From the human T2T-CHM13v2.0 reference genome, Homo sapiens: DNA of 64,000 bases. This document shows positions 24,773 through 37,844 of this stretch, piece after piece (the stretch's first letter is position 1; each line of letters opens with the position of its first letter). The notes under the pieces were generated by a model. The model did no database searches, had not been told where the DNA came from, and saw only the letters and a program-made list of their open reading frames with translations. The stretch lies in NCBI RefSeq assembly GCF_009914755.1, contig NC_060934.1, one strand, 5' to 3'. The position numbers and the translations under genes were made by a program.

Positions 24773-26674
24773 CCCTGCTGGAATTTACACACACCACCCT
24801 GCTGGAATCTACACACACACAACCCTGGTGGAATTTTGGGGGTTGCGTTGGATCTGTAGATGCAGTTCTTACTTAATAGGGGTTGGTCCTGGGGAGGGGA
24901 GCAGATGGCTTGGCCCTGTCCTCAGGGGCATGTGATGTGGCTGGGAGATCCCGGCAAGATGATTTTAAAGCCTCCCTTGTGGGTTTGTCAGCTTCAGGGT
25001 TCTAGTTATGATGGGCAAACTCATGTCTGCAGTTTAAGTAGGAAAGGAAGTTTAAAAACACAAAACATCAGGTGGTGCCCAGGAAGGGCCGAAGAGCCAG
25101 GCTTGGCGGCCTCCTGTGAAGAGGGGTGCATTCACCTGCACTGTGCACCGTGAGGCTCACCTGCGGCTTCTGGGGCCTGGCGTCCTCCTCCTGCTGCACC
25201 GCCCTCGCCCAGTTGGTGCCAGGCATGACCTCTGCACATCACAGGTGTCCAGGGCTTGATACGGCTGGGCCAGGCCTGGCACCCAGGGAACCTGGGAGGC
25301 ACCTTCTGCGTGGCCCGCTCGCCACCTCTGGCCTGTCTGCTGCCTGTCTGCAGCCCTTCTGGAAGTGGGCACAGACCTGGCAGTGTTGTCAGGAGGTGGG
25401 AGGACACGTAGGTGAACCTGGGCCTGGGGGTGGCTCCCCCCATGAGGTGCGTAGAGTTCCTGTGAGGAGTGTGCACCCAGCAGCTCGTCGGGTCACAGCG
25501 AGGTGCAGCCTCGGCTCCCTGCACACCCGTCACACCTCTGCATGACAGGCAGAGACTGCGTTCTGGATGTGGCTGCCGCCTGCGGCTCCCAGCACGTGAA
25601 ACATGGTGCGTGTTGCACACACGGCACGAGTGTGGCCAGTATGAACTGGAGCTGGTTTTCTTGAGGTGGAGAAAGCCCTGCTGGCTTCTCTTTCCCTCAG
25701 AGCCCACGGCACTGTGAGGAGCGGCATGCTTCCACGGCTCATCTCGAGGGTGAATTAAAGTCACCCCACGCCCAGGACCAGACCTTGGCTCTGCAGGCCT
25801 GTGGGGATGGATGGCAGCTGCAGAGGCCCCTCGAGAGGGACAGAGCCTTGAGCTTGGAGCTCTGTGAAGTCGCAGGCTCGGGGCGGTGGTGCCCTCCTTC
25901 CCCTGCTCTGGTATCTCAGGTCCTGTCTGCTCCCTGGTGCCCCCTTCCCTGTATGCTCTTCCCTGGCCATGCCGGCTGCTCTGCAGAGGGCTTCAGGGAG
26001 GGTTGTGGGGAGGGCGCGGGGAGGAGGTGCCCTCATGGGCCAGAACTGGCAGGAGGTGAGGAGGTGCCATGCCCCCGCCCAGGCAGAGGGACTGCGAGGT
26101 GCTGGAGGAGACCAGATGGGGAGGGGCTGGGAGAGACTGACATTCTGTTCAGATTCCAGGCTGTGGAGCTGGGCCCTGGAGCAGCCACACTTGGCGGCTG
26201 TGAGTTGGCCTCAGGGTCCTGCTGAGTGCCAGGTCCCTGCACACCCTCACAGTCCCTGGGGGCTGGCTGTGGCATTGGCATTGCTGAGGGTCTTGGCCAA
26301 TCTGTTAGGGAAGTGGGGTCTCCGGGGCCGAGCTCTGCTCTGGGGTGTGGATAGCACAGCGTCTGCCGGGTGCTGCGGGAGCCTTTTCTGTGGGGATGTG
26401 GGTCCTGCAAATGTGAGCACCAGCTGTGATTAAATCAAGGACAGTGAACAGCAGCGCCGTCATCTTCATGAGTTCACAAAAACCTATTGCTTTATGTCTT
26501 ATTAGGTGAATTTAGAATGTATACAGGGTAGGAAAAGCAGCAGAAAATAGCAGGTGTGTTTGGGAAGATCATCATTACTGCCTGTTACACTGAATAACTT
26601 CAAAATCAAAAGGGTTCCTCTCTCAGGACTGCTGCTGAAAAACGAAGTGCGAGTGGGTGTCCTACAGAAAAATT

Positions 26675-26733
26675 AAAGGAAAGAGAGAAAGGAAAGGAAA
26701 GGAGAGAAAGGAAAGGAAAGGAAAGAAAGGAAA
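26675..26733. repeat. (GAAAG)n purine tract
   Basis: Read directly from the sequence. Confidence 0.85.
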
Positions 26734-28116
26734 GCACACCATAAGTTCACCCCGACAAGCAAATTGGTTGTTGGTTTTCCTTGCGCTTGCTGGTGAGACA
26801 GCCCCGGGGGATTTATAACTCGCCTTCTCACTGCTTTGGTGGTTTGCCGCCTGTAGTGGGGGCCGGTTGCCAGGGAGGCGTATTCACTTCCATGGTGGCT
26901 CATGTCCACTCTACTCTGAGCCCTGAGCCCTGGCGGCTGAGTCAGGGCAGAGCGGGAGCAAAGTCGTCCTGGTTCATACCTGAACCGAGAGGCCCGGCCG
27001 CGGCTGTGGTCTGCAAACTCACCAAGCCATTTCGGCATCTTTTAACCACAAAGGATAGGTGTGAGGATGCCTTCTCAGTTAGGACAGTTTCAGCAGCTGG
27101 TTCAGGAGCCTGCTGCTGCTCCCCTGGGCTTCTCACCTCACGATTTTTTGTCCTGCTCGTTGCTGTCATTGTCTCGGCTTGTTTGGGGAAATGTGGCGTG
27201 CGCGTTGTGGGTATGGCCACCGCCATCAGTGGGGAGACCATGATTGGTCCCTGGGGTGACACATGATCCTGGGGAGGGAAGGCGAGGGTCCCAGGGGACC
27301 TCTTACGGATCTTATGGAGGAGTTGGACTTCTCCCTCCACCCCGATTCAGGGACTGCGCTTCTTGAAGAGGGTTGTGAGCACGTCTCTGGTGGGCTTGGA
27401 GGCCCTGACCTGCTCAATGGGTGAGTGACAAATGGTTTTTCATGGTAGCCAGGGTCTCCCAGAGCCCCTGGCTGCCTCCCTGGGCTGTGCGGCCCCTCCT
27501 CCTCCTCAGAGTCACCGGCCCAGGGCTCAGCTCACTGTGAGTCGGTGGCCGTGAAAATAGCACTGGCAATGGAGGGTCGTTTCCAACAGTTCAGTGTTAT
27601 TGGAGTAGAAGTTTATATAACAAGAGTGTATTTTAACTGGATGAAAATTTACTATTAAAAATAAACAGACCTTGCCAAATGGCAGTGAGTGCAGGGCAGA
27701 CGGGAGTGTGCAGTGTGACTTTTGGGTGCCCAGGCCCTGCCAGTGGCCGCTGGGCCCAGCTCTTGTTTGGAGCTCCTGGTGGCAGATGGGCTCTTCTATG
27801 AGGTCTGGGAGTTCTGGTCAGTGGGATGGCGTCACCTGGGGCTCCTTATTCATGCAGCACGTGTCTGTTGCATGCCCCCGTATGCCTGGGCCTGTGCTGG
27901 CCGTGAGAATTCCACCCATGGGCTCTGGGCTGTGCTTGGGTCACCTGGTATGAGCCTCTGCCACCCCGCTCCCCACAGCAGCAGTACCAACACCAACAAG
28001 CCATTCACAGCGCTGCTTTACGACGTTTGTGCTGAATAGAGAGTTTGGAATGTCCCTGCGTATTTTATAGAGTGAGATGGTACATATCTAAAGATTTATT
28101 TTAATTCTTAAAAAAA

Positions 28117-28283
28117 TTTTGTTTTGTTTTGTTTTCGAGTCAAGGTCTCAGCTCTGTTGTCCAGGCTGGTGTGCATGGCATGGTCACGGCTTACTGCAGC
28201 CTTGACCTTCTGGGCACAAGGGATCCTCCTGCCTCAGTCTCCCTGAGTGCTGGGATTACAGGCATGCACCACCACACCTGGCC
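28117..28283 (-). mobile_element. Alu monomer (right-arm/FRAM-like)
   Basis: ctgttgtccaggctgg...gggattacaggcatgcaccaccacacctggcc. Confidence 0.8.
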
Positions 28284-28548
28284 AGTTTTAAGTCTGACCC
28301 TAAACAACTCAAGGAATAAGCCAAAGGCTTCTCTGAAGCACTTTCATCCAGTCACTTTTAACCCCATAGTTTGTGGCAACACACTCCCTGATGTGCACAG
28401 TTTGTAAGGTATTTGGAGTTTATGGGCCCACCTCAACACAACCTTCCCAGATAGCTTTGGATTTGTGTGTTTAGACAGTGGAACAGATCCAGGCCGAGGC
28501 ATTACCTTTTGGCCCAGATGTCTAAAACAGGCAAGACAAAAGCCTTCC

Positions 28549-28876
28549 TGTGTGTGTGTATATATGTATGTGTGCGTATGTCTGTATGCATGTGCATTTG
28601 TGCATGTATGTCACTGTGTGTGCATGTGTGTATGTGTGTATATGTATGTATATGTGTATGTGTGTATGTGGGTCTATGTGTGGGTGTGTTTGTGTGAGTG
28701 CATGTGTATGTGAATGTGTGCCTGAGTTTGTGTGTGTGTGTGTGTGTGTGCGCCGTTGTGTGTGGGTCTCCGTGCATGTGTGTATGTGAATGCGTGTGAG
28801 TATGTGTGTGTGGGTCTCTGTGTATGCATGTATGTGTGCATGTGTGTATGTGAATGTGTGTGTGTGTTTGTGTGTG
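28549..28876. repeat. (TG)/(TATG)-rich tract
   Basis: Read directly from the sequence. Confidence 0.9.
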
Positions 28877-29199
28877 CCATTTCCTCCTAGTTTTGAGTCT
28901 CTTTGAATTGGAGGCTTGTGTGTGGAGGTACCTTCAGTGGAGTCTTGCAGGAGTGAAGACCACTTTGCTCAATTTCGTAGCCTGGAGCAGTCGTAGACAA
29001 GAGAGCCCTGTGGTCGGTCTCGGGGAGGCGTTGTAGCCTCAGGAGTGTTCTCTGGGTGTGACTCACACCTGGCCACATGTGTGGTCGTCCTTGGTTCTCC
29101 AAGGAAACCTGTCAAACTTAAAACAGTTTTAAGACATTAATTTGCTCAACGATGTTCAAATACTTTTGAAAAAATTGGTATGTATGCAAGGTATGCATG

Positions 29200-29960
29200 A
29201 TGAAACTGACTCCAGAAGAGAGGGAGACACTAAATTGACCAGTTATTAGGAAAAAAATTAAAAAGATTGATCGACTTGTCAAAGTTGCTGTCCCAAAAAA
29301 GCTCCAGATGTAGGTGTTTCCAGAGTGGATTCTACCAAACTGTTGAGGAACATCCGGCCCCAGTTCCCTTTCAACCAGCCAGCTTATCAGACAGAAGGAA
29401 AATGCAGGGATACGGAGGCCCGACAGAAGGTGGCACCGTGAAAACAGCTGTGCAGTTGTCTTGCTGTTGCTTGTGAGTGAAACCATCTCGGCTTAGGACC
29501 CAATAGCAAATAAACTCGATCCAATGTGTTCATACTAGAAACGTAAGGATAAGTTCATGTTCCAAAAGGTTGAGGGATGTAATTCCCTGTTTTCATAAGT
29601 TAATAGTTCATCAGTAGAAGAAACCTTGTTAGGTTATCTCGATAGATGCTGAAAATGTATTTGTTAATATTAAATGCCTACTTTTGATTGAAAAATGATT
29701 ATTCTTAATAAAATTAAAACATGTATTTCCATAATATAATTTTAAAACACAGAATCAGGCATTTCCACTAGTGTCAGGGACAAGACACCCCATGTAACCA
29801 CAGTTGTGTAATATACTTTCAGAAGCTCTAGCTAGTGAAATTAACAATTTAACAAGAGAAAGAATAATGTAAATATTGAATACTAGAATGGAGAGACGTT
29901 ACTTGCAAATATGATTGTGCATCTGGAAAACACAAGAGAATCTATTGAAAACCTGTAATA
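29200..29960 (+). mobile_element. Ancient L1 ORF2 (reverse-transcriptase region) fossil
   Basis: Colinear degraded motifs: ttctaccaaact (FYQT), atctcgatagatgctgaaaa (ISIDAE), gcatttccacta...gggacaagaca (AFPL..GTRQ), atgattgtgcatctggaaaac (MIVxLEN). Confidence 0.75.
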
Positions 29961-30319
29961 GTGGTTTATGGAGAAATAGTAACTGTTGCTAATCTTGAGC
30001 TCTGATCTCTCAGGAGGCACAGGGTATTAGTCCGGCTCCTGTAGGCTGCAGTAACAGAACCCCTCATGGACGGTGGTGTCATTTGCCCTGGAATGTCTGG
30101 AGGAGGGAGGCTCCCGGGTGGGCAAGCAGCTCAGTGATGTCACCAGGAACCAGTTCTTCCCCTGTCTCCATCCGGCCACCCTCCTGTGCAGGTGACACCG
30201 TCCTTCTCAGATGCCACTGTCAGATTCTCATCCCACATTCTGCAGAAGCAGGAAGGAAGCACGCAAAAATACCCAAACAACCAAAACAAAATAACTCTCT
30301 TTTACTTGGGCAACTTTTA

Positions 30320-30455
30320 TTTCATTTATTAATTTTTTGAGATGGGGGCTCACTATGTTCCCCAAGATGGTCTTGAACTCCTAGGCTCAAGCACTTCTCC
30401 CTTCTCGGCCTCCCAGAATGCTGGGATTACAGGTGTGAGCTGCTGGGCGCAGCCC
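30320..30455 (-). mobile_element. Alu left monomer (FLAM-like)
   Basis: gagatgggggctcactatg...gggattacaggtgtgagc. Confidence 0.8.
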
Positions 30456-30919
30456 CTTGGGCAACTTTTAAAAACCTTTGTATGGTGAATAATTTTAGGT
30501 TTGGTTCCTATGTTTCCCCTGATAGGAACATCGTAAATAACCATGCTTCGTTTGTCAGAGCCAGGATGGTAACACGGGACACTACTGTTGACCAAACTAC
30601 AGGCTTTATTTGGGTTTTACCAGTTTTTCCACCCACCTCCGTTTTCCGCTCCATGTAAACGTGTCTGTGGTGAAGATGCGGGGCTCGGTCTGATTTCCAA
30701 AGCTGCTTTTGCCCCTGTGGCCTGAAGTCCAACGATTCCAGCTTTTTATTCCAATATCTGGTTATTTAAAACATATTTAATGTTCTCTACATATAAAGCT
30801 TATTCAGAAAAGATTTAATGTGAATTATACTGAATTATATGCTTTCCTTTTTGAATGATCATATAACTTAGTGCTTAATTACCACATCTGGCAAAAAATT
30901 AAAAAAAAATATTGGCTGA

Positions 30920-31282
<363 letters not shown>

Positions 31283-31450
31283 CTAAGGGTTCCTATGTGT
31301 TTCTCTGGAAGCCATTTCCATGTGTATCGATAGCGAAGTTTGTTTTAATATTTCAAAAGTTGCCCTTAATGGCTCCATGAGATAACAGAATTATTAAGCT
31401 GCCTTCAATTAAAGCCTCAAGTTTTCCATTTGTAAATTAAGAATTTTTGT

Positions 31451-31790
31451 GGCCTGGGCACAGTGGCTCACGCCTGTAATCCCAGCTACTGGGATTACTG
31501 GGAGGCTGGTAATTGGGAGGCCGAGGTGGGTGGATCACCTGAGGTCAGGAGCTTGAGACCAGCCTGGCCAATGTGGTAAAACCCCATCTCTACTAAAAAT
31601 ACAAAAAAAAAAAAATTAGCCATCCGTGGTGTTGGGCACCCGTAATATCAGCCACTCAGGAGACTGAGGGAGGAGAATGGCTTGAACCCAGGAGGTGGAG
31701 GTTCCAGTGAGCCGAGATTGCACTATTGCATTCCAGCCTGGGCGACAAGAGTGAAACTCTGTCTCAAACAAAACAAAACAAAACACAAAA
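31451..31790 (+). mobile_element. Alu (AluS) with a small internal insertion and a (CAAAA)n tail
   Basis: Full sense Alu flanked by AAGAATTTTT on both sides. Confidence 0.92.
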
Positions 31791-31858
31791 AAGAATTTTT
31801 TTGAGACAATTGAAGCTTAGTGAATAAGTACAGAAATTGTATTGTCAAAACTATGTAA

Positions 31859-32301
<443 letters not shown>

Positions 32302-32344
32302 TAATATGAAGCTGACATGGTCTTGTAAATGTTTCTGCATTTTG

Positions 32345-32663
32345 CTTGTTTTTTTGTTAGTTTGTTTTTGGTTTCTTTGAGACAGGGTCTCGCCCTGTTG
32401 CATAGGCTGGAGTGCAGTGGTGGGATCAATGCTCACTGCAGCCTCCACCTCCCTCCCAGGCTCAAGGGATCCTCCCAACTCAGCCCCCTGAGTAGCTGGG
32501 TTTACAGGAATGTGCCACCATGACCGCCTAATTTTGTTTATTTTTTGTAGAGACGGGGTCTCAGTATGTTGCCCAGGCTGGTCTCGAACTCCTGAGTGCA
32601 AGCGATTCTCTGCCTCAGCCTCCCAAAGTGCTGGGATTACAGGCGTGAGCCACCTCGCTGGGT
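32345..32663 (-). mobile_element. Alu (AluJ-like)
   Basis: Full antisense Alu. Confidence 0.9.
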
Positions 32664-33246
32664 CCCCACTGTTTTTTTTAATTAAATTTTTAGTAGAGAT
32701 GGGGTTTCGCCATATTGGCCAGGCTGGTCTCGAACTCCTGACCTCAGGTGATCCACTCGCCTCAGCCTCCCAAAGTGCTGTGATTACAGGTGTGAGCCAC
32801 CGCACTGGGCCCCCACTGTTTTTTTTTAATTGAATTTTTAGTAGAGATGGGGTTTCACCATATTGGCCAGGCTGGTCTCAAACTCCTGACCTCAGGTGAT
32901 CCACTCACCTCGGCCTCCCAAAGTGCTGGGATTACAGGTGTGAGCCACCGCACTGGGCCCCCACTGTTTTTTTTAAATTGCATTTTTAGTAGAGATGGGG
33001 TTTCACCATATTGGCCAGGCTGGTCTCGAACTCCTGACCTCAGGTGATCCACTCACCTCAGTCTCCCAAAGTGCTGAGATTACAGGCGTGAGCCACCGCG
33101 CTGGGCCCCCACTGTTTTTTTTAATTGAATTTTTAGTAGAGACGGGGTTTCGCCTTATTGGCCAGGCTGGTCTCAAACTCCTGACCTCAGGTGATCCACT
33201 CGCCTCAGCCTCCCAAAGTGCTGGGATTACAGGTGTGAGCCTGCGC
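32664..33246 (-). repeat. Tandem array of four ~148-bp units, each a CCCCACTG spacer plus an Alu left arm
   Basis: Spacer 'actg' at 32668, 32815, 32963 and 33111. Confidence 0.93.
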
Positions 33247-34639
33247 TCTGCTGATATTTTCTTGTTGGTGACTGCACGTTTGCCTTGAGCTGTGAGCTCT
33301 CATAGAACCAGATGACCATTTGGGCTCACTGTTAACTGTAGCCCTTCTGTGGATGCCCCGTGGGCACCTTCGTATCCATCAGTTTCATCTCTGGCCCTGG
33401 GAAGCGGGAGGAGTTCGGGTGGAGCTGGAGGGTTTTCCTTCCGACGAGGTATGTGGAGTCCCTCTGCGATCCTGTCTGGGGAGGGGAGAAAGGGGTGGCA
33501 AGGCTTCTCTAGCTGTCACTGGGTCCTTGAACCCCCGCTGGCCTGGTGCTGCTGCTGGTGCTGACCACACACAGACTCATGGGAGAACTGGGCAACTTGG
33601 CCACTGAATCTTCATTGTGGGTGTTTGCTTTGAATATTTCGTTTTCAGCTCTTGTGTTTCTAAGTACCAAAACACTTTTTTTTTTTTGTAAGAATTCCAG
33701 TGCACCAACAATAAAACCAAGGGACCAACTGAGCCATTTGGAAGTGGTGGCTGGGGACACCCATACGGTGGTGACACTTCTGGGTGACTGGCTGGTGCTG
33801 GGTGTTTCTGGGCTGCCAGGACAGCAGGAGGTGGGGGTGTTCTGTGCCAGTGAGCTTCGTGCTGCGATGTGGATAGAGGGCCGTCCTTCCGGCCGCTGCT
33901 GCTCTCAGGTCGCCTCTCATCGGCACAGCGGCGCATCACACGGCAGCAGCCTGCCTGGCTCTCCTGGTGGGTGGGGGCTGAGGGATGAAAACGAGGCACT
34001 CCCTCCCCACCACAGCCTACTCCCGTGGGTTCGGGGCGTTGGAACATTCTCCAAACCCCTCCTGCTGCCTGGCCAGGTCCAGCTGGGCACAGTGCACGCC
34101 CACCTGCTGGGCCCTCCTCACCGTGGGCTCCGCCCTGGGCCCTTTGGACACCTTCCCTGGCCCTGACAGCAGCTACCTGGGAATGCAGCATGAGGCAGGT
34201 GCCTTTTGCTGAATGAGGTGAACAGCAAGAGGGAGAAAAGGAGAGATCGCCTAGCAAAGCAGCGAGGCCAGAGGCTCCTGCCGAGCAGAGGAGGAGGGCC
34301 ATTGGCGCAAGGACACACCCATCCCTCATCACACTGCTGGGACCTGCCTACCCTCTCTGCTGGCACGCCGGGCTCTGCCACATGGGCCTGTCTGGGCCTT
34401 GTCCTCCCCAGCTGCGGGGAAGGGCTTCTTTCAGTTCCCTTTGGGTGAACACAGAGGCCCAGCTCCTGCCGCTGTGTGTGGTTCTGGGTCACTCAGGACC
34501 ACTGATAATCAAAACCACCAACTTTGGACTACACAGAGCTATTAAGGAGCTTAGCTAAATTTAAAAAAAGTGCAGCTGATATTTATGTCCTTTATGTGCC
34601 AGATAGTGCTGTAAGGATGTGGTGTGTCTCTAGGTATGT

Positions 34640-34780
34640 CAGCCCTGACGTTTGTGCCGTAAGGACCCGGAGTGTCTGCAGGCAGACCTGTCATCCCCGC
34701 AGCCCTGACGTGCGTGCTGTAAGGACCTCGAGTGTCTGAAGGGAGACCTATCATCTCCACAGCCCTGATGCCTGTGCTGT
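34640..34780. repeat. 60-bp degenerate tandem repeat, about 2.3 copies
   Basis: agccctga at 34641, 34701 and 34761. Confidence 0.8.
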
Positions 34781-35282
34781 GTTGCTCCATTGCACAGATG
34801 GAAAGACAGGGGCTAGCGAGTGAGCAGCCAGTGTGAGGCCCTGAGGTAGCAGGTGGAGGGGGCAGGGTGTGAACTGAGCTGGGGCTGGCTCTGGCATCTG
34901 AGCTTGTTAACGACCGACTGGGCTAGAGGCAGAGTGGGCCGCACCCTGACCACCACCTCTGTCCCCCACTGCTGTGCCCCTCTGTCTCACTGTTTCCTGT
35001 GGTCCCTCCTGACTAGAAGAGACTCAGGCCTGCTGAGTAGCATGCAGCACAGGACGAGCCTGCAGAGCCCTCTTGGGACTTACACACTGGGGATTTGACA
35101 GCTCATGTCTGGCACCGCAGATAGTCTAGGAAAAGGTGACTCATCCAAGAGCCTGGCCGGAAACCCACAGGGTATTGGCCCAGGTGTGCCGAGAGGCTGG
35201 CCGGAGGGACCATTGTGATACTCAGAGGAAAATGCCTGTGGCCCATGGGGGGGCCTTCAGAAGAATGTCGGAGTTTCTCAGC

Positions 35283-35335
35283 TGGCAAGATGCCCCTGGT
35301 GGCAAGATGCCCCTGGTGGCAAGATGCCCCTGGTG
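35283..35335. repeat. 17-bp repeat x3 (TGGCAAGATGCCCCTGG)
   Basis: Read directly from the sequence. Confidence 0.9.
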
Positions 35336-35947
35336 TGGGGCCCCTCACCTGGACCAGAGGCCTTCCCTGAGCTTCTGTTTTGCAGGGAGGTGCCTGAGCT
35401 GCACAGCTTGCCTGGGAGGAGTCGTGGTTTCTGGGGGTGGGGCCTTTCGTAGGTCTGTGCTGGTGCTGTCCTGGGGGAGGGGGATGCTGAGCACGCCCGC
35501 CCGGGGCTGCTTTCCCTGGGAGGGATGCTGAGGCTGCCCAGGGCTGCTTTCCCTGTGAAGCAGCGTGACCCAGGGCTCTTGGTGGGGATGTGCCGTTTGC
35601 TCTTTTTCATGTGTCTAGCCCTTGGGAAGTGTTTTTGGTACTGCTGGTTCTCATGCTCTAGTCCTGGTAATGGGCTAGTGTGCTTGTTCTGGCTTTACTC
35701 GGTAGCGTTTATAACAGGACAGGATTCAGAGGACACTGTTGCTGAGGGAAAGTTTGTGCCACTTAACCTGGTGTTGCTTCTGGCCCTGCCTCTGCTGGGC
35801 GTCTGTCTGCAGCGTGCCTTGGAGTGTTTCCCTTGCTCTGCTGATTGCTGAAATGCAAGACCTGGGCCTCTGGAATCCCATTGAAAGAACTTGTTTAAAG
35901 AAACATCAGCTCGGTTTATTTCATACACAGCTACTTTTTGTAGATAC

Positions 35948-37526
35948 TGAGGTTTTGTTGAGATGTTGGGGTGTACGTGCCGTGTGAGGTTTTGTTGAGA
36001 TGTTGGGGTGTGCGTGCCGTGTGAGGTTTTGTTGCGATGTTGGGGTGTACGTGCCGTGTGAGGTTTTGTTGAGATGTTGGGGTGTGTGTGCTGTGTGAGG
36101 TTTTGTTGATGTTGAGGTGTGTGTGCCGTGTGAGGTTTTGTTGAGATGTTGGGGTGTGTGTGCCGTGTGAGGTTTTGTTGCGATGTTGGGGTGTACGTGC
36201 CGTGTGAGGTTTTATTGAGATGTTGGGGTGTGTGTGCTGTGTGAGGTTTTGTTGATGTTGAGGTGTGTGTGCTGTGTGAGGTTTTGTTGATGTTGGGGTG
36301 TGTGTGCTGTGTGAGGTTTTGTTGAGATGTTGGGGTGTGTGTGCTGTGTGAGGTTTTGTTGATGTTGAGGTGTGTGTGCCGTGTGAGGTTTTGTTGAGAT
36401 GTTGGGGTGTGCGTGCCGTGTGAGGTTTTGTTGAGATGTTGGGGTGTACGTGCCGTGTGAGGTTTTGTTGAGATGTTGGGGTGTACGTGCCGTGTGAGGT
36501 TTTGTTGAGATGTTGGGGTGTGTGTGCTGTGTGAGGTTTTGTTGATGTTGGGTTGTGTGTGCTGTGGGAGGTTTTGTTGAGATGTTGGGGTGTGTGTGCC
36601 GTGTGAGGTTTTGTTGAGATGTTGGGGTGTGCGTGCCGTGTGAGGTTTTGTTGAGATGTTGGGGTGTGCGTGCCGTGTGAGGTTTTGTTGAGATGTTGGG
36701 GTGTACGTGCCGTGTGAGGTTTTGTTGAGATGTTGGGGTGTGCGTGCCGTGTGAGGTTTTGTTGAGATGTTGGGGTGTGTGTGCCGTGTGAGGTTTTGTT
36801 GATGTTGAGGTGTGTGTGCCGTGTGAGGTTTTGTTGAGATGTTGGGGTGTGTGTGCTGTGTGAGGTTTTGTTGAGATGTTGGGGTGTGTGTGCCGTGTGA
36901 GGTTTTGTTGATGTTGAGGTGTGTGTGCTGTGTGAGGTTTTGTTGATGTTGAGGTGTGTGTGCCGTGTGAGGTTTTGTTGAGATGTTGGGGTGTACGTGC
37001 CGTGGGAGGTTTTGTTGAGATGTTGGGGTGTACGTGCCGTGGGAGGTTTTGTTGAGATGTTGGGGTGTGCGTGCCGTGGGAGGTTTTGTTGAGATGTTGG
37101 GGTGTGCGTGCCGTGGGAGGTTTTGTTGAGATGTTGGGGTGTGCGTGCCGTGGGAGGTTTTGTTGAGATGTTGGGGTGTGCGTGCCGTGGGAGGTTTTGT
37201 TGAGATGTTGGGGTGTGCGTGCCGTGGGAGGTTTTGTTGAGATGTTGGGGTGTACGTGCCGTGGGAGGTTTTGTTGAGATGTTGGGGTGTGCGTGCCGTG
37301 GGAGGTTTTGTTGAGATTTTGGGTTGTACGTGCCGTGGGAGGTTTTGTTGAGATGTTGGGATGTGCGTGCCGTGTGAGGTTTTGTTGAGATGTTGGGGTG
37401 TGTGTCCTGTGTGAGGTTTTGTTGAGATGTTGGGGTGTGTGTGCCGTGTGAGGTTTTGTTGCGATGTTGGGTGTGTGTCCTGTGTGAGGTTTTGTTGAGA
37501 TGTTGGGGTGTACCTGCTGTGTGAGG
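35948..37526. repeat. 37-bp GT-rich VNTR, about 43 copies (35-bp variants present)
   Basis: Unit GTGAGGTTTTGTTGAGATGTTGGGGTGTGCGTGCCGT. Confidence 0.97.
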
Positions 37527-37604
37527 GCCGGCCTTGTTTCTGTTTACTGATGCCTCCTGGGCCTCACACAGGGAGGGGTGAACAGAGGTCTTAGGGAGGG
37601 TGTT

Positions 37605-37844
<240 letters not shown>

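Larger units (their letters stand above)
22365..24870 (-). mobile_element. Old L1 (L1MB-like) 3' region, interrupted by two minisatellites, Alus and (CA)n
   Basis: tttcagaatgtttttatcacctc, gaactgccagact...ttcca, ggctttgaattgcatttccctgatg and gttggatctgtagat are L1 3'/ORF2 antisense hallmarks. Confidence 0.8.

Noticed and set aside
35283-35335. CTCF-like CCCCTGGTGG in the 17-bp repeat
   Set aside because: Mismatches at two key core positions, so weak evidence.
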